Below the pieces are notes generated by a model. It searched no databases, was not told the DNA's origin, and saw only the letters and a program-made list of their open reading frames with translations. Positions 1 through 9,106 of a stretch of DNA of 64,000 nucleotides are shown here, piece after piece. The position numbers were made by a program, and so were the translations under genes. This DNA is from Faecousia sp. (GTDB lineage: Bacteria > Bacillota > Clostridia > Oscillospirales > Oscillospiraceae). How positions within the stretch are numbered: the stretch's first letter is position 1; each line of letters opens with the position of its first letter. The stretch is taken from the NCBI GenBank assembly GCA_045638225.1, contig JAZUAW010000056.1, positions 8,480 through 72,479 on the forward strand, written 5' to 3'.

Positions 1-111
1 ACCAAACAATCGAAGATGATGCATAACTCAATGGGTTGACCAGTCTATGTGAGGGGCGAAGGCATCCTGGGCAAGCATATAGAAGATAATTATAGGAAAA
101 GGGGTTAATAT

Positions 112-855
112 ATGTCTTTAATAATCACGATACATACCAATGAGGGTATAATTATGGCAAGTGATAGCCGAACAACCTTTAATAAGAGAGATTTTAGCCC
201 GTTGCCGGATGGAAAAGGCGCAATAATCACAAATGATCATGGCATACATTATTCTGATACGACAAACAAAACATTTTTGACTAAAAACAACGTTGGCATT
301 TCTACTTGTGGCGCAGCGGCTATTGGTGGAAAACCTGTGACCGGCTACATTGAAGAATTCATTAACACCAAGATCGCTAGCGATGCACAGGTATCTGATG
401 TTGCTACATTAATTCTTAAGGAATTCAGAAATTTTAAGCCTATTCCTGATATAATCTTCCATGTTGCTGGCTATGAGGTTGAGAACAACGTTTTGCGGCA
501 AAGATTTTATCGTGTTTTTGTGGCAGTCAACAAGAAAAGTGAGATCGATGTGGCTTCGTAAGGGGCTGCGTGGAATGGCGAAACAGGAATTCTTTCCCGC
601 ATAATTAACCCATATTGGAGCGAAGTAAAACAGGCGGATGGAACCGTTACATATGAAAGGCACAACGCCCCATCTATTCCGTGGAACTTTTTCTCTCGTC
701 AAGACGCAATTGATTTTTCTAAGTATGCCATGAATACTACTATTGAGACAATGCGCTTCCAAGAGAGATTAAAAACTGTAAGCGCTCCTATAGATATACT
801 GGCGATTAAACCGACAGGGGTTTCCTGGGTACAGAAGAAAGAATTACATGCATAA
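112..855 (+). pseudogene. Proteasome-beta/Ntn-hydrolase-like protein interrupted by an in-frame TAA at 559-561
   Basis: N-terminus MSLIITIHTNEGIIMASDSRTT resembles Ntn hydrolase starts. The same frame stays open after the TAA (GAAWNGE...QDAIDFSKYAMNTTIETMRFQERLKTVSAPIDILAIKP...ELHA*) to 855. Confidence 0.7.
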
Positions 856-1095
856 GGTAAAAAACACAACTTGTTGCTTTGCGCGATCCAAAGAACAAAA
901 TGTTGTAACTAAATCCCGTTAATAACGGCGTTCTGATTGCAACAGCAAAAGTGATAGCTAAGAATAGAATAAAATACATACTTGTGTGCCCTTCAGAAAA
1001 ATGTGGTTTTAACTACAATTTTAATGACAAATCAAAAATCTTGTGTTATTACAACCTAAAATCTCCATATCGTCAGCTCAATAAAAATCCACAAC

Positions 1096-1130
1096 ACAAC
1101 GCCCAGCGAAATATGTTCGCTGGGCGTTGT
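1096..1130. terminator. Hairpin, probable bidirectional terminator
   Basis: 15-bp perfect stem ACAACGCCCAGCGAA/TTCGCTGGGCGTTGT between convergent genes. Confidence 0.7.
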
Positions 1131-1161
1131 ATTAATAAATTAATCGTTTTTGCTTTATATG

Positions 1162-2958
1162 CTATGAGATTAGGCTTGATACAAAGCGAGAAGGTCTTTG
1201 CCGCTTCATATCGCCCCAGGGCATTAGTTTGTATAGCGGAGACGATAAATAACACAGTCTTTTCGCCCGTGTTACTGCAACATACATATTATTCTGCTCC
1301 TGCTCTAACTCTTTGCCTCCAGATTGCACCGCACGGTAATCAGGGAAAGTTCCGTCTGTTAAACCTATGACAAATACAACTTCATATTGAAGCCCTTTTG
1401 ACATATGCGCCGTCAACAAGGTTACTCCTGTCTCAGAGTCTACCAACTGTGTCTTTCCTAATGCAACATGATTTCTAAAAGACAACAATGTACGTTGTTC
1501 GGAAGGGATCTGTGTGGCATACTTTAGCCAATGCTGTTTCCACAGATCCAAGTCACTGATCGCCATCAGTCGATCCTCATCTTGGTTGATTTCATTAGAA
1601 ATTAGGTTGTGCAATTCCCTAAACGATTCATCCAAATCAAAATCATCCGGATCTATGCTCGTAACAATCGTGTGTATTTTAGAGAAATCATACTCAGAAT
1701 TATAATTGTGTTGCAAGCTCTGCAGTTCTCTGTGATGCAGAATGTCTCTTGGGTTAGCCAGCAAACGAAGTTCTAGGTCAAATGCCTTAAAAACTATTGA
1801 CTCAGATTCTATTCCCGTAGTAGTTTTCTTAAAACTGTACGGAATACTGTGCTTGTCAAATAGTGCTTCAAGCTTGCTAAACAAGTATCTGTTTCTGGCA
1901 ATTACCGCAAAGCTCTCATATGATAATTTGCCTTCGATATCCGAATGTCCATTTGCAAGAAGTTCTTCAATTTTGGCAACTACTGCAGCAGCTTCTTTGT
2001 CTTCGTTATTGTATTGTGTATACTTTAGTTCGCCCATATAGAAGCAATTAGGAATACCACTAGAAGCTTCCAACGAATTCGCAAATTTTACAATAGCCTT
2101 TGCCGATCGGAAATTTTCATTCAAAGTAAAAACACTAGGATTAAAATCAGATACAAATCTTTCTGACATTAGAGTGCTATCTGATCCATTAAAACCATAG
2201 ATCGACTGTTTCGTATCTCCTACCAGCATAAGATTCTTGAAATGCGTGCCGCACATAGCATGAATAACAGCATACTGGGCATAGTTCAAATCTTGCGCCT
2301 CATCCACACAGATATACTTATATTGAGTCGTATATAGCTTGGACACATTGGGGATTTCTGAAAAAATTCTATACGCATAGTAAAGAATGTCATCAAAGTC
2401 TATAGCACCCTGTAACATCAACTGATTATTGTACGCTGCGTAAATTCTCGCATTATCATCTGTAAGCTCAGGATCTGTGGGTGATATGAATGCTCTTTTA
2501 TAGTCAGAAATCATTGACAGACAATTCGCAAGGTACCTATCTTGATTTTTGTTGGTCTTATAAGAATCAAAAAACATTGTATCGCTTTGAAACGCCTCTG
2601 CAAGAATACGTTTTCTGTCATCTAGATTCTCGAATAAAGCAAGGTTTTCAGGCAAACCAATCAAATACCCACGGCTTTGTACTACATCGAGACAGAATGA
2701 GTGAATCGTACCAATAGTGACATTATCAGTCAGACCCTCTATATCTTCATCCTCTTGAATTCGGCTTCGCATTTGCTCAGCAGCCATATTACTGAACGTT
2801 AATGCAAGAATTTTTGTCATTGGCTGAGTACGCAGTAGTCGTTTTATACGCTCAATCAACACTCTCGTTTTTCCACTTCCCGGGCCTGCTTTAACCAGTA
2901 TCGCCCCTTCGTCCATATTCACTATGGCCTTCTGCGCATCCGTTAAATTGATAGTCAT
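1162..2958 (-). CDS. gajB: UvrD/Rep-family SF1 helicase, GajB-like
   Basis: AGPGSGKT Walker A, VDEAQD, VGDTKQSIYGF, ENFRS, TAHMSKGLQY, YVAVTRAK; lies directly downstream of an OLD nuclease. Confidence 0.8.
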   Translation of the reverse strand: MTINLTDAQKAIVNMDEGAILVKAGPGSGKTRVLIERIKRLLRTQPMTKILALTFSNMAAEQMRSRIQEDEDIEGLTDNVTIGTIHSFCLDVVQSRGYLIGLPENLALFENLDDRKRILAEAFQSDTMFFDSYKTNKNQDRYLANCLSMISDYKRAFISPTDPELTDDNARIYAAYNNQLMLQGAIDFDDILYYAYRIFSEIPNVSKLYTTQYKYICVDEAQDLNYAQYAVIHAMCGTHFKNLMLVGDTKQSIYGFNGSDSTLMSERFVSDFNPSVFTLNENFRSAKAIVKFANSLEASSGIPNCFYMGELKYTQYNNEDKEAAAVVAKIEELLANGHSDIEGKLSYESFAVIARNRYLFSKLEALFDKHSIPYSFKKTTTGIESESIVFKAFDLELRLLANPRDILHHRELQSLQHNYNSEYDFSKIHTIVTSIDPDDFDLDESFRELHNLISNEINQDEDRLMAISDLDLWKQHWLKYATQIPSEQRTLLSFRNHVALGKTQLVDSETGVTLLTAHMSKGLQYEVVFVIGLTDGTFPDYRAVQSGGKELEQEQNNMYVAVTRAKRLCYLSSPLYKLMPWGDMKRQRPSRFVSSLIS

Positions 2959-2960
2959 AT

Positions 2961-4868
2961 TTACACCTCCTGGTGTAGATGAAGCAAGTGATCCACTTCA
3001 ATAAACAATTCATGAACTTTGGGAGGGATTGCATTTTCTGAAGAAGTAGTGGCTACTATCTCCTGTGCAATTAGCAATGCATATTTCGCTTTATTTCTTC
3101 CTCTTTGGCATACATCCAATAGCGCGCGCTTCACTCCCTCGTCTCCGTCATAGTCGTAGAAGACTTTTTCGGGAAGTGGCCGTCCACAGGTCTTGCATGC
3201 CTCGCCTGTATTTTTTGTTCCTGCCAGCTGGTGATTGTTAGACTCAATATATCGCTCAAAGAAATCTCTTGGATCTCGTTGCGCCCCCTCGGGATCAACT
3301 TCATCGCGCAATACTTTTTCGTACTTGTTGATAGCTTCTATCATTGTTGAAGAATATCCAGAACTTATTAGGTGTCTCTCATAATCGTTTCCTTGATCGA
3401 TGATAATAACATTCTTGACATTCTCGAGTGCCTGTCCTGTCGCCTTCAGAACCGCCTTACGTACAGTGGATACAGTTTTATCTTCTCCGTCGCTAAAAAT
3501 ATACCAAGGGATTTTAAAATCATTTACCAACTTAATAAAGGTATGATAATTCTGTCCACCTATTCCCAAAATGCTCACACCTGAGAAGCTTGGATCCGTA
3601 CCGAAGTACTTTTCAAAATAAATCGGCAAAGCCTGCTCTTCAGTAATTCCTTCTGCCAGAATAATTGCCGTAGAGAAAAGCAAATCACCTTTGCTGTTAA
3701 TGAACTCTCGCTGGATTTTTGCTAGTTCCTCAACCTCATATCTGTCCTTATCAAGACGGTTGCATGATGTCTTTCCATCTTGCTTGTATAAGTGAATAAA
3801 CTCAGCAACATCTGCCTGTGCCACTATACAAGGAGAATGTGTGCTGACAATCTTCTGCCCATGAAACTCCTTTATCTGGGCATACAATTTTTTCTGTGCG
3901 GCAGCGTGAAGGTGTGCTTCCGGTTCCTCAAGGGTTAACACGACAAAGATTTCTGCCTCCGGATTCTTCTCTCTTATGCACTGTGATAGGTAATTCACAT
4001 ATGCACCGAGTGTAAGGAAAGATACCCAACTGCGTGTTCCCATGCCATGATCTGCAAGCGAGAAACTTGCACCGGCGCCATCCTTGAACTTCACATCGAT
4101 TCCTCTATGCAAATCACTGATCTTTCTGCTAATCGGCTCTATTTGGAGGTGTCCACCATTACTCCCAACAACATTCCCGATCTGTGCAATTCGTGCCTCT
4201 GCGCTTCTTAGTGCCGGAGTATTAGCTACTATTTGCTCATTGATCGCATCCAATTTGCCCTCAATTTCTCTAACTAATTCTTGAGGCATGTCTTTACTGG
4301 AGGTAGCTCTACCAAAATATGATTTCTGATTTTTGATATCATCAATAATATCCCGTTGAGCATCCATATAGAAGCTGAAAATATATGATTGCATATCGGC
4401 ATTAAAATGAATGTTCTTGCTGCATTTAGCTGATTCGATGCTATCTTCCCATACTTTAATTTGTTTTCTGGTAATGCGGTAACTATCAAACTCCGGATTG
4501 TATGCTACAATAGTTCGAATACCTACAAAATCACCAGTATCGACATCCGTGGCAATCCAGTTTGTCGTAAACACTTTTGCCCAAAAGGCAGAAAAATTTG
4601 AAGCAACGGATCCGTCTTCGTTCGTAGGGCGAATTAAGATATCAATTATACTTGCTTTATCCTTAGTAAGTGCTTCGCCATGGGCAACAAAAATATCTTC
4701 CTCCGAAACAGTAGGATTCGGGGTCAATGCTATATTGACAGCTCTAAGAAGATTAGATTTTCCGCAGTTGTTTTGACCAAGCACGACATTGTTTTGTGTT
4801 AGCTTTACATCAAGGGACTCGATCGATCTAAAATTCTTTACTCGGATCTGGGTGATTTGTAATCCCAT
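2961..4868 (-). CDS. gajA: OLD-family ABC ATPase-TOPRIM nuclease, GajA-like
   Basis: KNFRSI, GQNNCGKS, LEEPEAHLH, VSTHSP, TOPRIM AEGITE and FSDGE; 2 nt gap to the helicase. Confidence 0.8.
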   Translation of the reverse strand: MGLQITQIRVKNFRSIESLDVKLTQNNVVLGQNNCGKSNLLRAVNIALTPNPTVSEEDIFVAHGEALTKDKASIIDILIRPTNEDGSVASNFSAFWAKVFTTNWIATDVDTGDFVGIRTIVAYNPEFDSYRITRKQIKVWEDSIESAKCSKNIHFNADMQSYIFSFYMDAQRDIIDDIKNQKSYFGRATSSKDMPQELVREIEGKLDAINEQIVANTPALRSAEARIAQIGNVVGSNGGHLQIEPISRKISDLHRGIDVKFKDGAGASFSLADHGMGTRSWVSFLTLGAYVNYLSQCIREKNPEAEIFVVLTLEEPEAHLHAAAQKKLYAQIKEFHGQKIVSTHSPCIVAQADVAEFIHLYKQDGKTSCNRLDKDRYEVEELAKIQREFINSKGDLLFSTAIILAEGITEEQALPIYFEKYFGTDPSFSGVSILGIGGQNYHTFIKLVNDFKIPWYIFSDGEDKTVSTVRKAVLKATGQALENVKNVIIIDQGNDYERHLISSGYSSTMIEAINKYEKVLRDEVDPEGAQRDPRDFFERYIESNNHQLAGTKNTGEACKTCGRPLPEKVFYDYDGDEGVKRALLDVCQRGRNKAKYALLIAQEIVATTSSENAIPPKVHELFIEVDHLLHLHQEV

Positions 4869-4913
4869 ATCTTTCTCTTACCTCCATAAACCCAATTAAA
4901 CATATTCCTACCC

Positions 4914-4950
4914 ATTTCCCAAAGTATCACTTTTTTAATTTTTGGGAAAT
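4914..4950. promoter_or_regulatory. Palindrome ATTTCCCAAA-N17-TTTGGGAAAT, copy 1 (upstream of gajA)
   Basis: Read directly; second copy at 6180-6216. Confidence 0.65.
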
Positions 4951-4953
4951 AAG

Positions 4954-6147
4954 TCACTTCTGTAATAACCAATCAGCAATATCAACAACGTGAATACCCT
5001 CATATTGATATGCTTCATGTCTCGTGCGCGCGATAATCATCTTGGGATATGCGTCCTTGATATTAAGTAATGGATCTACTTCACGTCTAAACGTTTCCTC
5101 ATCATTGATATTATCTGATACCTGAATATAAATCTTCTCATTGCGTTTTATAGCAACAAAGTCGATTTCCTTTTTATATAGTACGCCAACATAGACTTCA
5201 TAGCCTCTCCGGAGCAGCTCGATAGCAACAATGTTTTCTAGCATTCTGCCGTAATTCATGTTTTTTGTACCCAGCTTAGCATAGCGGAAAGCATGATCAC
5301 TTAGATAATACTTATGGCTTGCTGCAAGATATTTCTTTCCTTGAATATCGTATCTGCGAATTTTATAGAACGCAAATGCATTACAAAGATACTGGATATA
5401 TGAACCGACGGTTTTGTGATTAATAGTATCCTTTTGGCGGACAAGAGTATCCGTTATACTTCTAGCAGAAGTCAGATTTGAAACGTTGTCCATAAGAAAA
5501 TCGACAATGCGATCCATCAGTTCTCTATTGCGAATTTTATATTTCTGATGAATATCCCTTATGATTAAAGTTTTAAAAACTTCTTCTATATAGTCGTACT
5601 TTGCTTCTTGGTCTTTGTACAAATAAGAACCCGCCATACCGCCTTCCTTCATATATCTGTCAAATGCAAGATATCTATCCGAAAGGGAATGATATGTCAT
5701 GAACTCAGCAAAAGAAAATGGATACATCTTCACTTGATAGGTTCGTCCCGTGAACAATGTTGCCAAATCAGAGCTAAGCAAAAAGGCATTAGAACCAGTA
5801 ATATAGATATCATACTTCTCTAATGAGTGCAGGTTGTTGATTGCAGTTTCGAAATTCGCACACATTTGAACTTCATCAATAAAGACAAAGTTATCTTTTG
5901 CATCATCATACAGGCTCTCTATGTAATCATTTAGTGCATGATACTCTTTTAGATGTTCAAATTGTGTCCTATTAAAATCCACATGAATAATGTTTGCATT
6001 AGGATTAGCTTCGCAAACATACGTTTTAAATGCTTCCAATAATTTTGATTTACCTGATCTGCGAACGCCTGTAATCACTTTAATATCCGGGGTGCTAATA
6101 ACATTAACTAACTTGTTTAAATAATCTTCTCTTGTGATGAGTTTCAT
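4954..6147 (-). CDS. AAA_14/DUF4143-type ATPase (AAA+, wHTH, PD-(D/E)XK-like C-terminus)
   Basis: GVRRSGKS, FIDEVQ, ITGSNAFLLS, ENIVAIELLRRG, KEIDFVA...YIQVS. ATG at 6147 follows a GAGGTG RBS (the track starts at 6156). Confidence 0.85.
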   Translation of the reverse strand: MKLITREDYLNKLVNVISTPDIKVITGVRRSGKSKLLEAFKTYVCEANPNANIIHVDFNRTQFEHLKEYHALNDYIESLYDDAKDNFVFIDEVQMCANFETAINNLHSLEKYDIYITGSNAFLLSSDLATLFTGRTYQVKMYPFSFAEFMTYHSLSDRYLAFDRYMKEGGMAGSYLYKDQEAKYDYIEEVFKTLIIRDIHQKYKIRNRELMDRIVDFLMDNVSNLTSARSITDTLVRQKDTINHKTVGSYIQYLCNAFAFYKIRRYDIQGKKYLAASHKYYLSDHAFRYAKLGTKNMNYGRMLENIVAIELLRRGYEVYVGVLYKKEIDFVAIKRNEKIYIQVSDNINDEETFRREVDPLLNIKDAYPKMIIARTRHEAYQYEGIHVVDIADWLLQK

Positions 6148-6179
6148 CCTAATCACCTCAATAGTATTATATCAGGACT

Positions 6180-6216
6180 GTTTCCCAAAATCAATAAAAA
6201 TTTATTTTTGGGAAAT
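6180..6216. promoter_or_regulatory. Palindrome (G)TTTCCCAAA-N17-TTTGGGAAAT, copy 2, overlapping the minus-strand promoter TTGATT-N17-TATAAT of the AAA gene
   Basis: Read directly. Confidence 0.65.
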
Positions 6217-6277
6217 AGGAGTTGCTAATTAAAGTATATCACTCTTCTGCATTGAAAAATGTCGATATCTGTGTACA

Positions 6278-6550
6278 TTAAAGCGATGCTAAGTTTGTAA
6301 CTACTTTTCCTTGCTGTTGCGCTCTTGAAGCGTATCGTGCTGCGCTGCCGTAGGAGTGGGAGATGTACGTAACCACGTAGTCTGAATTCAGGATCATCCA
6401 GTTGTTGCGACAGGAGATGGCGCAGCGCAGGTGGACGGATTCAATGCTTTCCGGTAGCATGATATCGGAGTAGTCATCATACTCTGTTTGTTTGCCGGGC
6501 ATATAGGTCAGCACAACTGCGTAATTGATATGCGAAAATTCCTGCTTCAA
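6278..6550 (-). pseudogene. 5'-truncated SLOG/YpsA(DUF1273)-like fragment
   Basis: AISCRNNWMILNSDYVVTYISHSYGSAA resembles the SLOG C-terminal half; N-terminal half and RBS are absent. Confidence 0.55.
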
Positions 6551-6770
6551 TTACAACACCTATAATGTGATTGGACAAGAGTTTGAAGGTGGTGCATGAT
6601 CCTCGATGATAATTGGTTCTACTCCAAATGGCCCGTATTCATCCAAATCCTGGCTACCTTTTACACAGCTTCTCTACCAAGGTTTAACTAGAGTAAGAAG
6701 CAAGCTCGCCCTGATTATTTGTTCCGAAGCGGTTTTTGAGAAGGTCTTAGCATTGCTAAAGAATAAATAA
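6551..6770 (+). pseudogene. C-terminal remnant of an SF1 helicase (DUF2075-like)
   Basis: Disrupted NVIGQEFE ... LLYQGLTRVRSKLALII...KNK* (helicase motifs V/VI). Confidence 0.55.
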
Positions 6771-6793
6771 CTCGTGCAATGTCTATATTATTC

Positions 6794-6821
6794 AGGGCCA
6801 CCCGGGGACGGGTGGCCCTTT
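6794..6821 (+). terminator. Rho-independent terminator-like hairpin
   Basis: AGGGCCACCCG-ggga-CGGGTGGCCCT then a short T run. Confidence 0.6.
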
Positions 6822-6970
6822 GCTTATGGGATGGAATTCGCTCAAACCTCATGTATCCCTGTTAAGAGGTGAGCGGGTTGGTTTTTCGTAATGTTTTTGC
6901 AAACGGCATCTAAAAAATTGAGGCCCGCCAGTGCCGGTGGACCTCGTTTTTTGTATGCAATTGTTTCAAA

Positions 6971-7273
6971 TTACTTGTAGGCAATTTGGGAAGAATTCAT
7001 GGGTTCAAATGTGATTTTCAGCTTCATGCCCAAACCTTCAGCCAATCTGCGAAGTGTTTTAATAGAGGGGTTTGCGTTTCCGTTTTCCAATTTGCTGATA
7101 TCGGACTGCGCAATGCCAGTTCTCTGCGAAAGCTCCTGCTGGCTCATATTTACAGTATTGCGTGCATCAATGATAGCCTGCTTGATAGAATACTCTGCTT
7201 CCAGAGCATCATATTCTTTTTTTACTTCTGGATCCTGAAGTTGTTCATTCAAAAAATCTCTAAACTCACTCAT
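6971..7273 (-). CDS. XRE-family HTH protein (HigA-like antitoxin)
   Basis: MSQQELSQRTGIAQSDISKLENGNANPSIKTL. Confidence 0.85.
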   Translation of the reverse strand: MSEFRDFLNEQLQDPEVKKEYDALEAEYSIKQAIIDARNTVNMSQQELSQRTGIAQSDISKLENGNANPSIKTLRRLAEGLGMKLKITFEPMNSSQIAYK

Positions 7274-7336
7274 CTTGAAAGTTCCTTTCTGCTAATCAGG
7301 CACGCATTCCTACCATCCGTTTTACTCTTCTAATAT

Positions 7337-7363
7337 ATTATAGGATATATCCCATAATGTCAA
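7337..7363 (-). promoter_or_regulatory. Sigma70-type promoter with an embedded palindromic operator
   Basis: Minus strand TTGACA-TTATGGGATATATCC-TATAAT (or TAATAT at 17 nt); TTATGGGA-TATA-TCCTATAA is an imperfect inverted repeat. Confidence 0.55.
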
Positions 7364-7374
7364 CACCTTTTCAT

Positions 7375-7746
7375 TTAGGTATAAATCAGCTCGGCGTTGA
7401 CGATCTCCATGGCGCGGATGTGGATGTTATTCATATGCGCAACCCATTCGCTGGTATCGTCGATCTTCAGCTGCTCGGTGACATTTTCATCCTCTGCCAT
7501 GGTGTGAATCAGGCGGTCAAACATCTGCTCTGCGTGGGTGTTGATCTCCTGCAGGTGGGACTCCAGGGCATCATCCAGCAGCATGCCTACATACAATGCT
7601 TTCTGGTGCTCCTTCAAGAAGTGGCGTCTGCGCTCGCCCCAGATGCCGGTCAGTTTCACTTCCGGTACCGTTACGCAAGGGACGTAATAATCGCCCTCCA
7701 GCTTATACCAAAGTCCGTTCTTTTTATCGTAAGTATAGTGTTCCAT
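7375..7746 (-). CDS. tnpV: TnpV-family transposon-encoded protein
   Basis: GDYYVP...GIWGERRRHFLKEH...VTEQLK..D..EWVAHMNNI...EIVNAELIY; GGAGG RBS before the ATG at 7746. Confidence 0.8.
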   Translation of the reverse strand: MEHYTYDKKNGLWYKLEGDYYVPCVTVPEVKLTGIWGERRRHFLKEHQKALYVGMLLDDALESHLQEINTHAEQMFDRLIHTMAEDENVTEQLKIDDTSEWVAHMNNIHIRAMEIVNAELIYT

Positions 7747-7757
7747 AGCATCCTCCT

Positions 7758-8654
7758 TTATTTCTTCGGGGGCCGGTGATACTGCATCAGCCGGCAAGTG
7801 TCCAGTTTGTTCTGAAAGCGTTTCTGCGCCTCGCAGACGACTTTTTGCAGGATTTCTGGGTCGGTATCCCACTGAGCAATTCCGCGATTATATGCGCCCC
7901 TGCGCTTGTCGTCAATGATGAACGGATCGATGCCGTAGCGCAGGCACTCCTTCACCATGAGGATTCGGCCCACTCTGCCGTTATAATCGTCAAAGGGGTG
8001 AATACGCTCGAATTGAACATGAAACGCAAGGATTTGCTCCAGCTTGGCGGCTTTTCGCTCGTAGCCTTTGATCAAATCAGCTACCGCTCTGTTAACCTGC
8101 TGTGGGGGAATGCCCAGTTTATCGGGCTTAATGCGGAACTCGCCCACGCCGGTCTTATGGTTCTGATCGGCATAGGTGCCATAAGTCAGGAAGTGATGCA
8201 CCTGCTTGACGAAGGACACCGTCAGCGGAGCGGTCACATTGTCCACCACATAGCGCATACAGATAAAATGGTTCATGATCTCCACGATGTCGTCCACCTT
8301 GGTGGCCTCAAAAGCGGGGGAAATTCGGTTGGTACGATAGATTTCTTCAACCTGCTGCCGAGTTAGACGATTGCTGGCCATACGGCTGGAGCTGTAGGCC
8401 AAATCCACCTGTATGTATTCGTAGATGCCAAAGTGGTTGTTGCGTTCGCGCTGATAGAGGATCTTTTTTACGAGGGGTGTTGGGGGTGTTTCTTTTGCCG
8501 TCTGGGCACCCGGCTTCGGTGTTCCTTCCGGTATTTGCCAACCGAGTTCTGTTTGCACTGCACCCGGGACTTTTCCTTCCTTGCAATAGCGGCGAACCAT
8601 CGCACCGGAAATGTCCCAGATAACAGCAGTTTCATTTGCGGAATAGAATTTCAT
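7758..8654 (-). CDS. Fic-domain protein with N-terminal HTH
   Basis: HPFDDYNGRVGR Fic motif; N-terminus WDISGAMVRRYCKEGKVPGA. Confidence 0.85.
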   Translation of the reverse strand: MKFYSANETAVIWDISGAMVRRYCKEGKVPGAVQTELGWQIPEGTPKPGAQTAKETPPTPLVKKILYQRERNNHFGIYEYIQVDLAYSSSRMASNRLTRQQVEEIYRTNRISPAFEATKVDDIVEIMNHFICMRYVVDNVTAPLTVSFVKQVHHFLTYGTYADQNHKTGVGEFRIKPDKLGIPPQQVNRAVADLIKGYERKAAKLEQILAFHVQFERIHPFDDYNGRVGRILMVKECLRYGIDPFIIDDKRRGAYNRGIAQWDTDPEILQKVVCEAQKRFQNKLDTCRLMQYHRPPKK

Positions 8655-8840
8655 ATTTTCAATCCTTTCAAAGTTTTTGTTTCAGGTTGCAGGGGGTGCA
8701 ACTTTTTACCCAAACTGTACCCAAATCATCGCGAGAACACTTGGACTGGATTGAAATATTTTGCATATATAATATGCTATTTTATCTCGTTTTGTCTATT
8801 GTTTACTAACTTTTTCAACCGTATTTTTGTTCAAAATCCG

Positions 8841-8882
8841 ATGGCATTCAAGAGGTCAGCGGTTCGTTTTCACTTGCCGCCA
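8841..8882 (+). pseudogene. 3'-half relic of tRNA-Ala(GGC), att-like
   Basis: ATGGCATTCAAGAGGTCAGCGGTTCG (8841-8866) is the anticodon loop to T-loop of a Firmicutes tRNA-Ala(GGC); the 5' half is missing. Confidence 0.6.
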
Positions 8883-9054
8883 AAAGACATTGAAAGCTTC
8901 GGGTTTTGGAGCTCTTTATGCTTTTGGTGCTTTTAAATTCTATTTTGTCGCGGACTTCCATGACCACGATTTTAGAGTGTCCATTCTGGACAATCGGGCA
9001 TCCGGGCTGGGGCGGATTGGGCGATGTTGGCATGAGAAATAACTATACAAATTC

Positions 9055-9083
9055 TTGTAAATCCGGGGGGAATGGTGTAGAAT
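9055..9083 (+). promoter_or_regulatory. Sigma70 promoter of the WYL operon
   Basis: TTGTAA-N17-TAGAAT, with TG just before the -10. Confidence 0.55.
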
Positions 9084-9106
9084 AAAGTGAATAAGGGGGT
9101 GGAGCC

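Noticed and set aside
951-1370. 139-aa plus-strand ORF
   Set aside because: Crosses a terminator and overlaps gajB antisense; no motif.
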